Below are positions 47,393 through 57,896 of a stretch of DNA of 64,000 nt, in pieces. Source of the stretch: a virus; IMG/VR virus record IMGVR_UViG_3300017917_002068, positions 32,001 through 96,000 of that record. One strand, 5' to 3'. A program made the translations under genes and the position numbers. The notes beneath the pieces are model-generated. The model ran no database searches, was not told the DNA's origin, and saw only the letters and a program-made list of their open reading frames with translations. Within the stretch, counting starts at the first letter, position 1. The number at the start of each line of letters is the position of its first letter.

Positions 47393-47634
47393 TGACAGAC
47401 GCAACCAAAGAGCAAGCAGCGCAACAGCCTACCGCACCGCAGGCTCAAGCACCACAAGCTGCACAAGAAGGTGCAGAATTAACCATTAATGATCTTAACG
47501 CTTTGAAGACAGTCATCGACGTTGCCACACAACGAGGTGCATTCAAAGCCGCAGAAATGGAAGCCGTAGGAAAAGTTTATAATAAACTATCAAATTTTTT
47601 AGCCAGCGTTAGCGGTGCTAAAGAAGGACAATAA
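47392..47634 (+). CDS. Hypothetical protein
   Basis: AGGAG SD; LTINDL..IDVATQRGAFKAAE. Confidence 0.6.
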   Translation: MTDATKEQAAQQPTAPQAQAPQAAQEGAELTINDLNALKTVIDVATQRGAFKAAEMEAVGKVYNKLSNFLASVSGAKEGQ

Positions 47635-47635
47635 T

Positions 47636-48304
47636 ATGAAAACATTAAAACATATCGGTAAGATTGTTTCAACAGGATCTAGAGTTCTCGTAGCGTTCAG
47701 AACGATTCCAGGAGCATCCGATCATGCATTAGTTATCGAAGCAAACAATTTGACTCCTGTAGAACACGATGCTATTATGAAATTAGTAGAATCTGATCAA
47801 GCACAGGAATCTTTTGAATTTGGCGAAATACTAGCTATTAGACATTTCCCCGATGGTAGATTAATGCTTCCAACACTGCATCAAGAAGCTAAATTGACTA
47901 AAGTTCCAACCAGCGATGTTTTTGTAACGCCAACCTCTGACGAAACTCAAACTATTCTTTTAACTGAGTTAAATGCAATTATTGCCGGACAAAAGAATTG
48001 TGCAGTTGATGATCTTTGCACATTTGTTTCCGGAGCACCAAAAGTCGAAGAACGGACTGTTGCTAGAGTCAATGAAGGAGGAAAAGATCTCGGCGAGCCG
48101 ACAATTCCTCAAAAACCGTTAAACGAATCAGCTCCGTTAAAAGCTTCTGCAAATAGTGTATTGAGTGATACTGATATCGCTAGATCTTATCGCAGCCAAG
48201 CTGATGCGATGTATAAAGAAGCTGCAAGGCTTCGCAAACAAGCTGACGAATTAGATCCGCCAAAGAAGAAAGTTGCCAAGGTAAAAGAAACCACTGATGC
48301 CTAA
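47636..48304 (+). CDS. Hypothetical protein
   Basis: ORF of about 222 aa. Confidence 0.6.
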   Translation: MKTLKHIGKIVSTGSRVLVAFRTIPGASDHALVIEANNLTPVEHDAIMKLVESDQAQESFEFGEILAIRHFPDGRLMLPTLHQEAKLTKVPTSDVFVTPTSDETQTILLTELNAIIAGQKNCAVDDLCTFVSGAPKVEERTVARVNEGGKDLGEPTIPQKPLNESAPLKASANSVLSDTDIARSYRSQADAMYKEAARLRKQADELDPPKKKVAKVKETTDA

Positions 48305-48617
48305 AAGATTTTTCAAGCCACCTAAGAATGTTGTTCAAGAGTGGCCTGAAATCTTTGAAGATATGTATATGAGTACTATCCCTGTGAAGTACATGCATAG
48401 CGTAGAAATTGAATTCAATGACGGACGGCTCTGGGAAATAAACATCGCAGAACAGTTAGAAAATGAAGAAGCGGAGATTGTGGCGAAAAAATTAATCGAA
48501 GCTTTTAGGGAATATCAAGACGAAATACATAATATGAATTTCAGTGTTGATATAGAAAAATTAAAAAATGATGTAATTAGATCTACGAAAGGTTTTTTGG
48601 ACAAAGATGAATGTTAA
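48297..48617 (+). CDS. Hypothetical protein
   Basis: 106 aa ORF. Confidence 0.55.
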   Translation: MPKRFFKPPKNVVQEWPEIFEDMYMSTIPVKYMHSVEIEFNDGRLWEINIAEQLENEEAEIVAKKLIEAFREYQDEIHNMNFSVDIEKLKNDVIRSTKGFLDKDEC

Positions 48618-49290
48618 ACTGGTATCCTATTCAAGACCCACAGAGGAATTTGCCGAGCACGGTATCACAGATGCGCAGGAACTCATCGCGTATTGCGCCC
48701 GTGTCAGCAACCCATCAAACCAATTCAATACAGAGACATCAGAGAAGCTTATCCGATATCTTATCAAACACGCACACTGGAGTCCCCTGGAGATGGTCAG
48801 TGCCTGTATGGAAATCACGACGACTAGAGATATCGCTCGTCAGATCCTCAGACACAGATCATTTAGCTTCCAAGAGTTCTCACAGCGATATGCTAATCCT
48901 GTCGAGGATCTTAATTTCGTCATTAGAGAAGCACGGTTGCAGGACGCACGAAACAGACAGAATAGTGTCGAACTGGATCTGTCAGACGCCGAACAAAGAG
49001 AACTTAGTCGTCTATGGGAAGAAAAACAACAGGCTGTTATTAGAGCCTCTAGAGAAGCCTACACTTGGGCTGTCAATAACGGTATAGCTAAAGAGCAGGC
49101 CCGTGCTGTCTTACCAGAAGGTAATATTGAAAGTCGCTTATATATGAACGGAACCCTGCGTTCTTGGATCCATTATATCGAACTTCGTGCTGCCAATGGC
49201 ACACAAAAGGAACATATGGACATCGCTCGAGCCTGTGCCGGAGTTATTGCTGAAGTCTTTCCAATGGCTACTAGTCTAGTTAGTAATTAA
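48607..49290 (+). CDS. thyX: FAD-dependent thymidylate synthase
   Basis: HWSPLE, RHRSFSFQEFSQRY, EQARAVLP, LRSWIHY, TQKEH. Confidence 0.95.
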   Translation: MNVKLVSYSRPTEEFAEHGITDAQELIAYCARVSNPSNQFNTETSEKLIRYLIKHAHWSPLEMVSACMEITTTRDIARQILRHRSFSFQEFSQRYANPVEDLNFVIREARLQDARNRQNSVELDLSDAEQRELSRLWEEKQQAVIRASREAYTWAVNNGIAKEQARAVLPEGNIESRLYMNGTLRSWIHYIELRAANGTQKEHMDIARACAGVIAEVFPMATSLVSN

Positions 49291-50708
49291 TAGCTTTTAC
49301 ACAACTTATAAAACTCTGTCATTTCGGGGAACGTTTTTAAAAAATTCGTTCCTCGTCTTTTATCATGTTCATCAACAAATGCTGCAAAATCTTTTCTGTT
49401 TTGAATGTTATTTTCTTTTTTAATCTTCTTTTCAAACACCGATAGCAGCCGTTCTAATTTTTGAACTTCAGATTTATAAAATCCAACAGAACTGTTCCCC
49501 TTAGTTACTAACAGTCTATTCATTTTTGTTATTTGCTGTTCAATTAAAGGAATAAAATCTTCCGTTAAAATTGCTAAAGACTGATGAGGCGGATTATTAA
49601 GATAGGGAATGTCTAACATCACCGGATGCGACCCTACTTCTGAGTTAAACAATTTATTTAAAATTCGTTTATATAAAGAAGGCTTACCATATTTTAAATT
49701 TAGTTTTAAAATATCATCTAAAAATTTATCATAAGTAGTCACCGATAGAGCATTATATGTGCTCATGATTCCTAATTTACATCCCGGTAGCTCTGTTAAA
49801 AACTTGTTACAATTATCTAACCATAAATCATAATCTAAGCCATATCGAATATACTCCGCTGCCTTTCCATGTGCTTCACAACTAGTATAGATCATTATAT
49901 TTTTTACTAATTTCTTTTCATTTATTATCTTTAGCTTAGAAATAAACTGATCAAACAGATTTTCCGGAACACAAAAATTAGAATTAATACCTAACTCTAA
50001 ATTTTTATTAGGATGTTCTATAATGTAATCTAGCACCCTGAAAGTATGTTTCGATAGCAACGGTTCACCGCCAGTAATTCTGAATGTATGCAAGTCAGGA
50101 TATAAATTCGGCCACCATTCCCAGAATGCATTAACATAGGGATTATCTACCTTTTCAGGTATAGGCATTTTATTCTGAATTTCAATCCATTGTAAATTAT
50201 TATACCGCATAGATGTTGGATACGGTCCATGCTCTTTGATTTCCTCCATCCATTTACTACTAACATCAGGCGAACAATAAGAACATTTAAAATTACAAAC
50301 ATTACTAAAAGAAACTTCTAGATATTTAGGATTTACTGATTTTTTAGATCCTGCAGATAAAATATCCGGTATAAATGGACGCGACCAAGATTCAGCACTT
50401 TTTAAAACTCTATCACTTAATGGCTCACCCGCATCCTCGACCTTCCAACAATAGTCACACTCTTTAGGTTTTATACCGTCAAGCATTTGTTGGCGGATTT
50501 CTTTTTTAAATGTTGTATTATGTAGTGCGCTAGGATCTTTTGCGATTTCGGATATCGGAATTACGTGAGTTCTTGGATGATGACAACTATGCGTATGGCC
50601 TAATCCTAGATGAATTGTTACCTGTGTCCATTTAGCAGCACAGAAACTAGGACTGATTTCATCGATTGTTTTTTTAAATCGAATCTGATCGTTGAACCAT
50701 TTGTTCAT
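49287..50708 (-). CDS. Radical SAM protein with N-terminal auxiliary Cys cluster
   Basis: CNFKCSYC, ITGGEPLL; N-terminal FC..KW..SCHH..C.YC. Confidence 0.85.
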   Translation of the reverse strand: MNKWFNDQIRFKKTIDEISPSFCAAKWTQVTIHLGLGHTHSCHHPRTHVIPISEIAKDPSALHNTTFKKEIRQQMLDGIKPKECDYCWKVEDAGEPLSDRVLKSAESWSRPFIPDILSAGSKKSVNPKYLEVSFSNVCNFKCSYCSPDVSSKWMEEIKEHGPYPTSMRYNNLQWIEIQNKMPIPEKVDNPYVNAFWEWWPNLYPDLHTFRITGGEPLLSKHTFRVLDYIIEHPNKNLELGINSNFCVPENLFDQFISKLKIINEKKLVKNIMIYTSCEAHGKAAEYIRYGLDYDLWLDNCNKFLTELPGCKLGIMSTYNALSVTTYDKFLDDILKLNLKYGKPSLYKRILNKLFNSEVGSHPVMLDIPYLNNPPHQSLAILTEDFIPLIEQQITKMNRLLVTKGNSSVGFYKSEVQKLERLLSVFEKKIKKENNIQNRKDFAAFVDEHDKRRGTNFLKTFPEMTEFYKLCKSY

Positions 50709-51363
50709 ATTTGTCTTTTAGCCATTTAAAGTCATTTATTTTTTTTAATATTAGCGGTCGATTTCTATTAATAAATCCGTATTCTTTACCGAACTTAGCT
50801 CCAAGTTCAGCAAATTCAGCATAGGGAACGTTATTAAATTTAGATGTCCATATATCTAATCTATATTCGTCTTCTGAAGATCTTCTATTAGGGATGATTC
50901 CAGCACTTAGCTTTGCACATTCTCTTACAGCAGTTCGCCAAGTTTGAAACTCGCTAGTATTAAATTTATGTATGCTAAGAGTTTTATTAACAATCTGTAC
51001 ATGCCCAACAAACGATGTAGTAAAGTCTATAACTTCTTTTTCCACGAAAAGACTTCGTTGAAATACTTTGATTCCTCCGTGCCCATATTCTAAGTCGTTA
51101 ATGGGATTACGAGATCTAAAAACGTAAATCTTATCTCTTTCTTTAACAGAGTCGTAAAAATCGTCTAACGAAAAATCTAAAAGATAATTGTCCGAATCAA
51201 TTACTACAAATTGATCAGTAAATGATTTTACAGAACAATTTTTATGAGATTGTGCGATACCATCGCTAGTATCAAAACGAGTCAATGTAGGAAATAATTT
51301 TTTAGCCCTGATAAAGTTTTCAGTAGCATTCGGATCATCGTAATTTAAAAAAAACTTTTCCAT
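50674..51363 (-). CDS. GT-A-like glycosyltransferase
   Basis: VIDSDN, NPINDLEYGHGGIK, WRTAVRE; paralog of the next gene. Confidence 0.6.
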   Translation of the reverse strand: MEKFFLNYDDPNATENFIRAKKLFPTLTRFDTSDGIAQSHKNCSVKSFTDQFVVIDSDNYLLDFSLDDFYDSVKERDKIYVFRSRNPINDLEYGHGGIKVFQRSLFVEKEVIDFTTSFVGHVQIVNKTLSIHKFNTSEFQTWRTAVRECAKLSAGIIPNRRSSEDEYRLDIWTSKFNNVPYAEFAELGAKFGKEYGFINRNRPLILKKINDFKWLKDKYEQMVQRSDSI

Positions 51364-51364
51364 A

Positions 51365-52261
51365 TTATTTTTCCGAAAAATAAGTTTTTCCTAATTCTAA
51401 AGACTCTGAGTATAAATCTACAACATAAGAACTTTGCTCACTGTCAAAATAGGTCCAAGTTAATCCTAATTTTGATTTAATTTCTAAACCTAAATTTTTA
51501 ATCTCTAATATACATTCAGAGGGATTGGTTTCAAATTTAAAGGCTATGGCATCATATATTTCACGAAGCTTTTCGAAATCTCGAACATCATAATAATTCC
51601 AATCAGAATCGTGCAACATCAAGGATCCTTGCCTAGCTCCTAACATAGAATATATTCCATTTTTAGAATGAGAGCCGACACATGACCAAATTCTAAGTCT
51701 GTGCAAATTATGCCAATATACTTCCGTTCGAATATTTTTAGGTTCTACTCGAACTCCTTTTTTCGTAAGCATTTTTACACCTTCACGGAATCCTGCTCGC
51801 CATGCTTGATACGGAGTTTCATTGATGATACTATCGCTAAAAACTCTAGGAAAGTTTTTATAACCATTTTCCCAACAGAAATCTATCTGAGCTTCCGGCG
51901 ATTCCGCATCTTCGTGGGTTCTCATGGCTTTAACAAAATCTTTATTCCAAATTTTTATTCCGCCATTACCATATAATAATCCGTTTATAACATTACGACC
52001 GCACCAACTATAAACCTTAATGTCGGGATTATCTGATAATTCCAATTTTAAAAAACTTTCATATATTTGATTATCGCCGTCAATGGTCACAAACCAATCA
52101 GTATCTGCTAGATCAGCAGCGGCTTTGTGAGCAGCATCACTGCCTTTAACTCCATGTACCCGTTTTACCCAAGGTACTTTATTAGAAATATCAGCAAAAT
52201 TTATTTCAGCGTTAGGTTCATCGTAGCTGATAAAAACAAAATCTAGATCAGTTACTTTCAT
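51365..52261 (-). CDS. GT-A-like glycosyltransferase
   Basis: FISYDEPNA, TIDGDN, NGLLYGNGGIK, AWRAGFREGVK. Confidence 0.6.
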   Translation of the reverse strand: MKVTDLDFVFISYDEPNAEINFADISNKVPWVKRVHGVKGSDAAHKAAADLADTDWFVTIDGDNQIYESFLKLELSDNPDIKVYSWCGRNVINGLLYGNGGIKIWNKDFVKAMRTHEDAESPEAQIDFCWENGYKNFPRVFSDSIINETPYQAWRAGFREGVKMLTKKGVRVEPKNIRTEVYWHNLHRLRIWSCVGSHSKNGIYSMLGARQGSLMLHDSDWNYYDVRDFEKLREIYDAIAFKFETNPSECILEIKNLGLEIKSKLGLTWTYFDSEQSSYVVDLYSESLELGKTYFSEK

Positions 52262-52854
52262 TCTATATAATATCCATAATTTTTAAATGTCTTCCTGGTA
52301 TAAAAACTAAATTTCATTTTAAACAAAACATCGATATCTATTTTGTTGATCGGAACCGAGATTTCGTTATTATCATTAAAATCGTCGAAATTAAAATAAA
52401 AAGATTCATAAAGAAAATTAATATCATTTAATCTTGTAGCATATAATCTTATACTGTTTTGCTTTTTATTTTTAATCTCGGAAAGATTTCCATTATACTT
52501 CATTACTAAGTAAGGCGAATTATCTATCGAGCATATTCTAAAAACAACTTCTAAAAAATTTAAAGATGTTTTGTTTATTTTTTGTATCTGAAAAAATTTA
52601 TTATATTCGGGTTCAAAAGTTACATCGAATTTATCTAAAACTTTTAGAAATTTACTTTCAGTATCAATTTTATAATTAGTAAATTTTTTCTTGTGTTCGA
52701 TAAAATCTTTATATAGAGGAAGATACTCTTCGGTAACTTCAGAAAACCATTCATTAATATTAATATATTTTTCAGGATATGACGTTGAGAAAGACCTCAG
52801 ATTACCGTTGTTTTTATCATAGATAAAATAAAATTTAGGTGTATCAGATATCAT
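52258..52854 (-). CDS. Hypothetical protein
   Basis: 198 aa AT-rich ORF coupled within the operon. Confidence 0.55.
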   Translation of the reverse strand: MISDTPKFYFIYDKNNGNLRSFSTSYPEKYININEWFSEVTEEYLPLYKDFIEHKKKFTNYKIDTESKFLKVLDKFDVTFEPEYNKFFQIQKINKTSLNFLEVVFRICSIDNSPYLVMKYNGNLSEIKNKKQNSIRLYATRLNDINFLYESFYFNFDDFNDNNEISVPINKIDIDVLFKMKFSFYTRKTFKNYGYYIE

Positions 52855-53699
52855 AACTTAAAATTTTCTCTTAATTTTAAATCATACATTTCAATAATTT
52901 TAGAAAAATCAAGATCCTTTTCTACATAGTGTATAATGTCCATTTGTGAAAAAGATCCTATTTTGTAATCATCGACATTGTTAAAATAAAATCCTAAATC
53001 TAAATCCCATTTTGAAATATTCGACTTAAAATTTTGTACCATAGGTTTCATATGTACTATCTTAGGAAACTCTAAAGGATAAGATATTGTGTCAGCCAAA
53101 TCTAAAATCTTAGCCGACAATGAAAAAATTTCATCAGTTCCCATTTCTGGGGGTCGAGGATCATCTAAAAATACATTACAAAATTGTTCCTTATCTTCTG
53201 TAATTCCCTGTACCAAGTTAAAAAAAGAATCTACTAGTAATGATTCTTTTTTAAAGAACGTATATCCAGAATAAAGATTAGGCAGCTTATTAGGAGAATA
53301 TGTTCTCCTGTAATAGTCACTGGTTACAACATCGCCCCGATATGTATAAACTTTAGAAGGAATATAGAGATCTGTATTTTCAACAAAATGGTCAATCCAA
53401 TGACTAGTATCTCTTAGAAATATCATATCTGCATCTAAACATACAGTATGCTTCCATGGAGATATTTTATTCATATAAGACCTACCATCCCAGTGAGATT
53501 TTTTATCCCAATATTCGACTTTATCAAATACCCAGGAAGTTTTAAAAAGATCTAACTTTTCTTGAGAATCGGTTATTAATGCTACATTATCATAACCTTG
53601 CTTTTGTGTTCTTTTTATAGAAAGAGCCAACAAATAAGCCATTAAATGATAATCATGTTTTTCATGATTCGAAACAACTATAAGATATCCAAAACTCAT
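52851..53699 (-). CDS. GT8-like glycosyltransferase
   Basis: LALSIK, SPWKHTVCLDADM (DxD), TDE, VHMKP. Confidence 0.65.
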   Translation of the reverse strand: MSFGYLIVVSNHEKHDYHLMAYLLALSIKRTQKQGYDNVALITDSQEKLDLFKTSWVFDKVEYWDKKSHWDGRSYMNKISPWKHTVCLDADMIFLRDTSHWIDHFVENTDLYIPSKVYTYRGDVVTSDYYRRTYSPNKLPNLYSGYTFFKKESLLVDSFFNLVQGITEDKEQFCNVFLDDPRPPEMGTDEIFSLSAKILDLADTISYPLEFPKIVHMKPMVQNFKSNISKWDLDLGFYFNNVDDYKIGSFSQMDIIHYVEKDLDFSKIIEMYDLKLRENFKL

Positions 53700-54514
53700 G
53701 ATAGTAGTTCATCCTTGAAATTTAAAATGTCTAACTTATTCATCAAGTGAATGTCCGAGTCTTGTATAGTCAGTATTGAATCGTTTCCTTTTAATAATAA
53801 TTTAAACTTTGAATCCTTTACCGATATTATTTTTTCTTCTTGTAAAGAAAAGTTTAAAGGCGGAAGAGAAATTCTATTAGTATCTTGACAATATAACATG
53901 TGTTCAGCTATCGTGAATGCTATATCGTTTCTGTACTGAAAGGGGATAAAGTTGTATATGTCTGAATAATAAACATAATTTTCTTTGATATGTTTAACAA
54001 GATCGAAAAAAATTTCTGCCGACGGAGACTTGTCGAACATGATAGCAGTAGCCCATTTTAATCGGGGGCCGATATCAGATATTTTTAAGTCCGGATCTTC
54101 TAATCTATGTCCTGCATGATCAATCATCGATTCACATAGAATAACATCTTGATCAATTTCCCAATATTGGTTAAACCTATCTGTATAGATTAGTAAATCC
54201 GAGTCAATTAATAAAGTTTTATCGTACGGAGTTAAACGAAACACATCTGGTCTGTTAAAGTTTAAAAAATTATCAACAACTTTACCGTCGATCGTTCGAA
54301 TATTTCCAGACTCGGGTTTTTCAGTAACTATAATCTTGTCAAATTCTTGATTAACATCAAAATTAGATTTTAAATTTTCTAGTGTATGTGAATCAGTAAC
54401 TAGCGAAACAGGAGTTGCTAAATGTTTTCGAGCTAGCCTGGCTGATATAACAGAGATGGTAGAATAGGAAATTTGCTCATTGTCATGAGCGACTATTAGT
54501 ATTCCTCTATTCAT
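53696..54514 (-). CDS. GT8-like glycosyltransferase
   Basis: TPYDKTLLIDSDL (DxD), RNDIAF, HLMNK. Confidence 0.65.
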   Translation of the reverse strand: MNRGILIVAHDNEQISYSTISVISARLARKHLATPVSLVTDSHTLENLKSNFDVNQEFDKIIVTEKPESGNIRTIDGKVVDNFLNFNRPDVFRLTPYDKTLLIDSDLLIYTDRFNQYWEIDQDVILCESMIDHAGHRLEDPDLKISDIGPRLKWATAIMFDKSPSAEIFFDLVKHIKENYVYYSDIYNFIPFQYRNDIAFTIAEHMLYCQDTNRISLPPLNFSLQEEKIISVKDSKFKLLLKGNDSILTIQDSDIHLMNKLDILNFKDELLS

Positions 54515-54861
54515 AGTTTGCTTAGATCTTTAACTGATCGGGCTTTTTTTAATTCTTCTACTTTATCTACATAGGAATAGGTTGCAGAAAAATATCTATC
54601 CAATATTGTAGAATGGAATTCTACAACATTTTTAATTATCGTTGGATTTTTATTTGCGTCAAGTACTGGAACATTTTCAATCCTATCACTGTCAATTAAA
54701 AATTTAGTAAAATTGATTAAACTTTGATCAATTTTAAAAATTCCGCCGTTATACCCAAAAGTAAGATCTGAATCTAATTTTTCTTTCAAATATTGACGTT
54801 GTACTGTTAAAGATTTATGGTAGTCTGCGAATTCAAGAGCCGATTGTATTTTTTCATTCAT
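54511..54861 (-). CDS. Hypothetical protein
   Basis: 116 aa; first gene of the GT operon. Confidence 0.6.
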   Translation of the reverse strand: MNEKIQSALEFADYHKSLTVQRQYLKEKLDSDLTFGYNGGIFKIDQSLINFTKFLIDSDRIENVPVLDANKNPTIIKNVVEFHSTILDRYFSATYSYVDKVEELKKARSVKDLSKL

Positions 54862-54867
54862 AACTAT

Positions 54868-54896
54868 ATCCTAACATATTATATATGTTATGTCAA
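54868..54896 (-). promoter_or_regulatory. Sigma70-type promoter for the GT operon
   Basis: TTGACA-17 nt-TAGGAT on the minus strand; ATG 6 nt downstream; palindromic spacer. Confidence 0.65.
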
Positions 54897-54910
54897 GAGG
54901 CATGAAGAAA

Positions 54911-56068
54911 TTATGAAGCAGTAATTGAAGTTGGAGCTATAACTATCGAAGAGAATGGATAAGATAATTCAATGTCATTTCTTGTATAATAAAATATGTA
55001 AGCGATACTAACATCTGCTGTTACTGCTTCGGCAAAAATATTAGCATGAGCATCTACCAATGTAATATCAAATCGGATACGTCTTTCAGTGATAGCTCTA
55101 TGAGTTATTCTTAGATAATTGGTTGCATATGCGCCTGTTCCGGTTCTTTCAAATATGATTCTATCAACAGAGTCGGCACTATAAAATCCAGCAGTCGTCC
55201 AGGTACCTGGTCTATTACCCATATTGGCATTACTATCTGCGCCGTAATTAACCGGAGTATTATCTAAAATTGCTGCCCAGGATAAATCTTTGAGTCTATT
55301 ATTACCGGCCGATTGAGCGGCGCCTGCATTAATATCAAATTGAACATATCCGCCCGTATTAAAATACTGTCTAGCTGCGTCTCTGCTAGGCCATTCAACT
55401 TCGAGCCTAAAAGATAAGGTTCCGGTCCAGTTAGCAGTAAAGTTTGCAGGACTTGAACCTGGTTGATTTGAGAAGAAATCGCCTAGAAAATATTTTTGGG
55501 TGGCACAGGTATTAGCTAGAGTAAAGAATGCATCATATACATTATAGTTTATAGGTGTTCCTCTAACTAATACCGGCAATTCACCTGCAGCAGTTCCGTT
55601 AGCAACTTCAAACCCAGTCTGATGTTTTCTAACTTTAGCCAGATCAGTACGTAACCTATTAAATTGATTAGCCGATACAACAAACTGTTGAATGCGACCA
55701 GTTTGTCCTGTTTGCCATGCTGAATATTCTCTAGTATCTATGTTAATTATAAATGTAAATGTAGTCACCGAAACAACCACAGCATATTTGTCGTTTAACT
55801 GCGTCATTCCAGCACCGATACTATCGATGTAGATAATTTCTCCGGATACTAAATTATGAGCAGTTGATGTTGTTACTGTTGCCTGCGAAGCATTAGAAAC
55901 CTGTGATATAACAGCAGACGAAAATGGATATTGTTCAGAAACAATAACAGTCTGTCCATAACCTGTTCCAATAGGAATTGAACCTGATTGTGGTCCTATC
56001 AAAGATGCTATTGTTGTTTGAATTGCATTATATTCTGAAAATAAAATTGGTGACCCAAGACTTGCCAT
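54911..56068 (-). CDS. Virion structural protein
   Basis: ATVTTSTAHNLVSGE module; ARQYFNTGG; follows the fibre genes. Confidence 0.6.
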   Translation of the reverse strand: MASLGSPILFSEYNAIQTTIASLIGPQSGSIPIGTGYGQTVIVSEQYPFSSAVISQVSNASQATVTTSTAHNLVSGEIIYIDSIGAGMTQLNDKYAVVVSVTTFTFIINIDTREYSAWQTGQTGRIQQFVVSANQFNRLRTDLAKVRKHQTGFEVANGTAAGELPVLVRGTPINYNVYDAFFTLANTCATQKYFLGDFFSNQPGSSPANFTANWTGTLSFRLEVEWPSRDAARQYFNTGGYVQFDINAGAAQSAGNNRLKDLSWAAILDNTPVNYGADSNANMGNRPGTWTTAGFYSADSVDRIIFERTGTGAYATNYLRITHRAITERRIRFDITLVDAHANIFAEAVTADVSIAYIFYYTRNDIELSYPFSSIVIAPTSITAS

Positions 56069-56077
56069 TTTTTATCC

Positions 56078-57862
56078 TTATAGTATTATCGCTTCGACTA
56101 ATTTAATGTCAGTAGATTCATTAGATTCTAACGAAATAGCGAATACATCGCCAGTCTGGTGATGTGTTGCAGCAATAGCATAGCCTGTGTCTGTCGCTAC
56201 TAAACGTTGTCCTTTTTTAACAGATCCGATTACTTTCACTGGAACTCGACCTTTTAATGCAACTGCTTGTCCTTCGGCTTCAGAATTCATTAAATATGCA
56301 GGATTTGCAGAAATAACTCCTATCGCTCTATCACCAAATTTAGCTGCTGTCACTTCCTGTTCTCCACCTACGCTGATTACGGTCCCTACTTCATAGTCTT
56401 TATCAGTTTTATATATTTCAGCAAGGTCAGCATAGTTAGCAGATGTGGCTGTTCCGTTGAAGAATCTAGCTTCAACATCACCAGCTAAATTTCTAAGTAC
56501 TACTGAATTTGGAATTTTATTAATTGACGGGGTTTTTCCGTCTAATTTTAAAGCGTCTGAAGCTATTCCATCAAATTGAATAGCTTTAATCACTCCGCTA
56601 GCATCTCTAATTGGAATAGTAACTCCAGTGGGATTTGATTCAGACGAAGGAAGATAACCAGCTAATCTCAGAGAATCTAAAGAACTTCCAGATTGGCCTG
56701 AACAATCTCCTACTACGTTTCCGACTAGATTACCGTTGAATATTTTATTAACAGAATCGTATGCAGTTTGCCCAGATGAATCTCGTAAATTTCCTTGATG
56801 AATTCCTGTAGTGTTTCCTGTTACATTTCCTGTTAAATTACCAAACAGACTAGTTCCATGAATTTCTTTCCAGGTACGAAGTGCTGATCCTAAACTAACT
56901 CTATTAGTTTGTCCTGGGGCAATAGTTACCGCAGGATATGCTGTAGCCAATGCTCCTGTAAAAGCAGTTCTTGTGATGATAAACATATCATCGAAATCTT
57001 CAGTAGAACCTGCATTACTGATTCGAACTCTAATAGGTCCGTTATTTAAATTTTGTATAATAGGAGAAGAACTAGCAATACTGATGCCTAGATCATTTCT
57101 ATCGCCAACAGTTAGACCTGCATCAGAAAAAGAAGTTCTTGAAGTAAAACCAACATTATTACCAGACCGTAACACGTATTGGCTAGCTGGTTGGCCGCCC
57201 AATCTATCAGAATCTGTAGCTGTACCGTAAAATTTAAAATTACCTTGGCTACGTCCCGTAGATGACGAAACTGAATTTAGTGTTACTCCTGGAGAGACTC
57301 TGTTATCCGCTGCGGAAAAACCGCTGATCTGATTAGTGTCTGATAGGCTAAAAGCAGCATCATTACTGAATATCGCTGTTGTAACACCATTTACTACAGC
57401 TCTTAATATAACATGAGATCCGCCTTGAGTATCTTTTACCGTTTGTGTGATTAATTGAGATGTACCAAAACCTGGAGCACTCTGAGGACCAACTAGAACA
57501 AATGTAGAACCTGTCCATACTGATACTTGGCTGGTCGTCGAATCATACCAAAGATCACCTTGTGTTAAACCTGTAGGAGGTGTTTCAGAAACTTCTGGGC
57601 CCGACGCTGTTTTAAATTTTAATCCGTCATAAAACTTTAGTTTTTTAGTTCCACTGTCATACCAAATTTGACCAGTGATTGGTTTGCTAGGCGGAATAGT
57701 ATTAGAAAAGTTTTCTAAAAGATACAAAAAGTTTTCATTTTGTACTTCGCCGTATCCAGCATAATTTTGTCCGATAAATCTTAGATCGGTTGAATTATCA
57801 ACCGTGCCCGGAGCTACACTGGTTAAAAAAGTTCCATTATATCTATCTACTCTGTATGACAT
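56078..57862 (-). CDS. Tail fibre protein
   Basis: NYAGYGEVQNENFLYLLENF N-terminus; C-terminal ADLAEIY..ALKGRVP domain; GATAAATA at 57888-57881. Confidence 0.75.
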   Translation of the reverse strand: MSYRVDRYNGTFLTSVAPGTVDNSTDLRFIGQNYAGYGEVQNENFLYLLENFSNTIPPSKPITGQIWYDSGTKKLKFYDGLKFKTASGPEVSETPPTGLTQGDLWYDSTTSQVSVWTGSTFVLVGPQSAPGFGTSQLITQTVKDTQGGSHVILRAVVNGVTTAIFSNDAAFSLSDTNQISGFSAADNRVSPGVTLNSVSSSTGRSQGNFKFYGTATDSDRLGGQPASQYVLRSGNNVGFTSRTSFSDAGLTVGDRNDLGISIASSSPIIQNLNNGPIRVRISNAGSTEDFDDMFIITRTAFTGALATAYPAVTIAPGQTNRVSLGSALRTWKEIHGTSLFGNLTGNVTGNTTGIHQGNLRDSSGQTAYDSVNKIFNGNLVGNVVGDCSGQSGSSLDSLRLAGYLPSSESNPTGVTIPIRDASGVIKAIQFDGIASDALKLDGKTPSINKIPNSVVLRNLAGDVEARFFNGTATSANYADLAEIYKTDKDYEVGTVISVGGEQEVTAAKFGDRAIGVISANPAYLMNSEAEGQAVALKGRVPVKVIGSVKKGQRLVATDTGYAIAATHHQTGDVFAISLESNESTDIKLVEAIIL

Positions 57863-57896
57863 GGTTATTTCCGTTTCGTTTATTTATCGGTAAATT

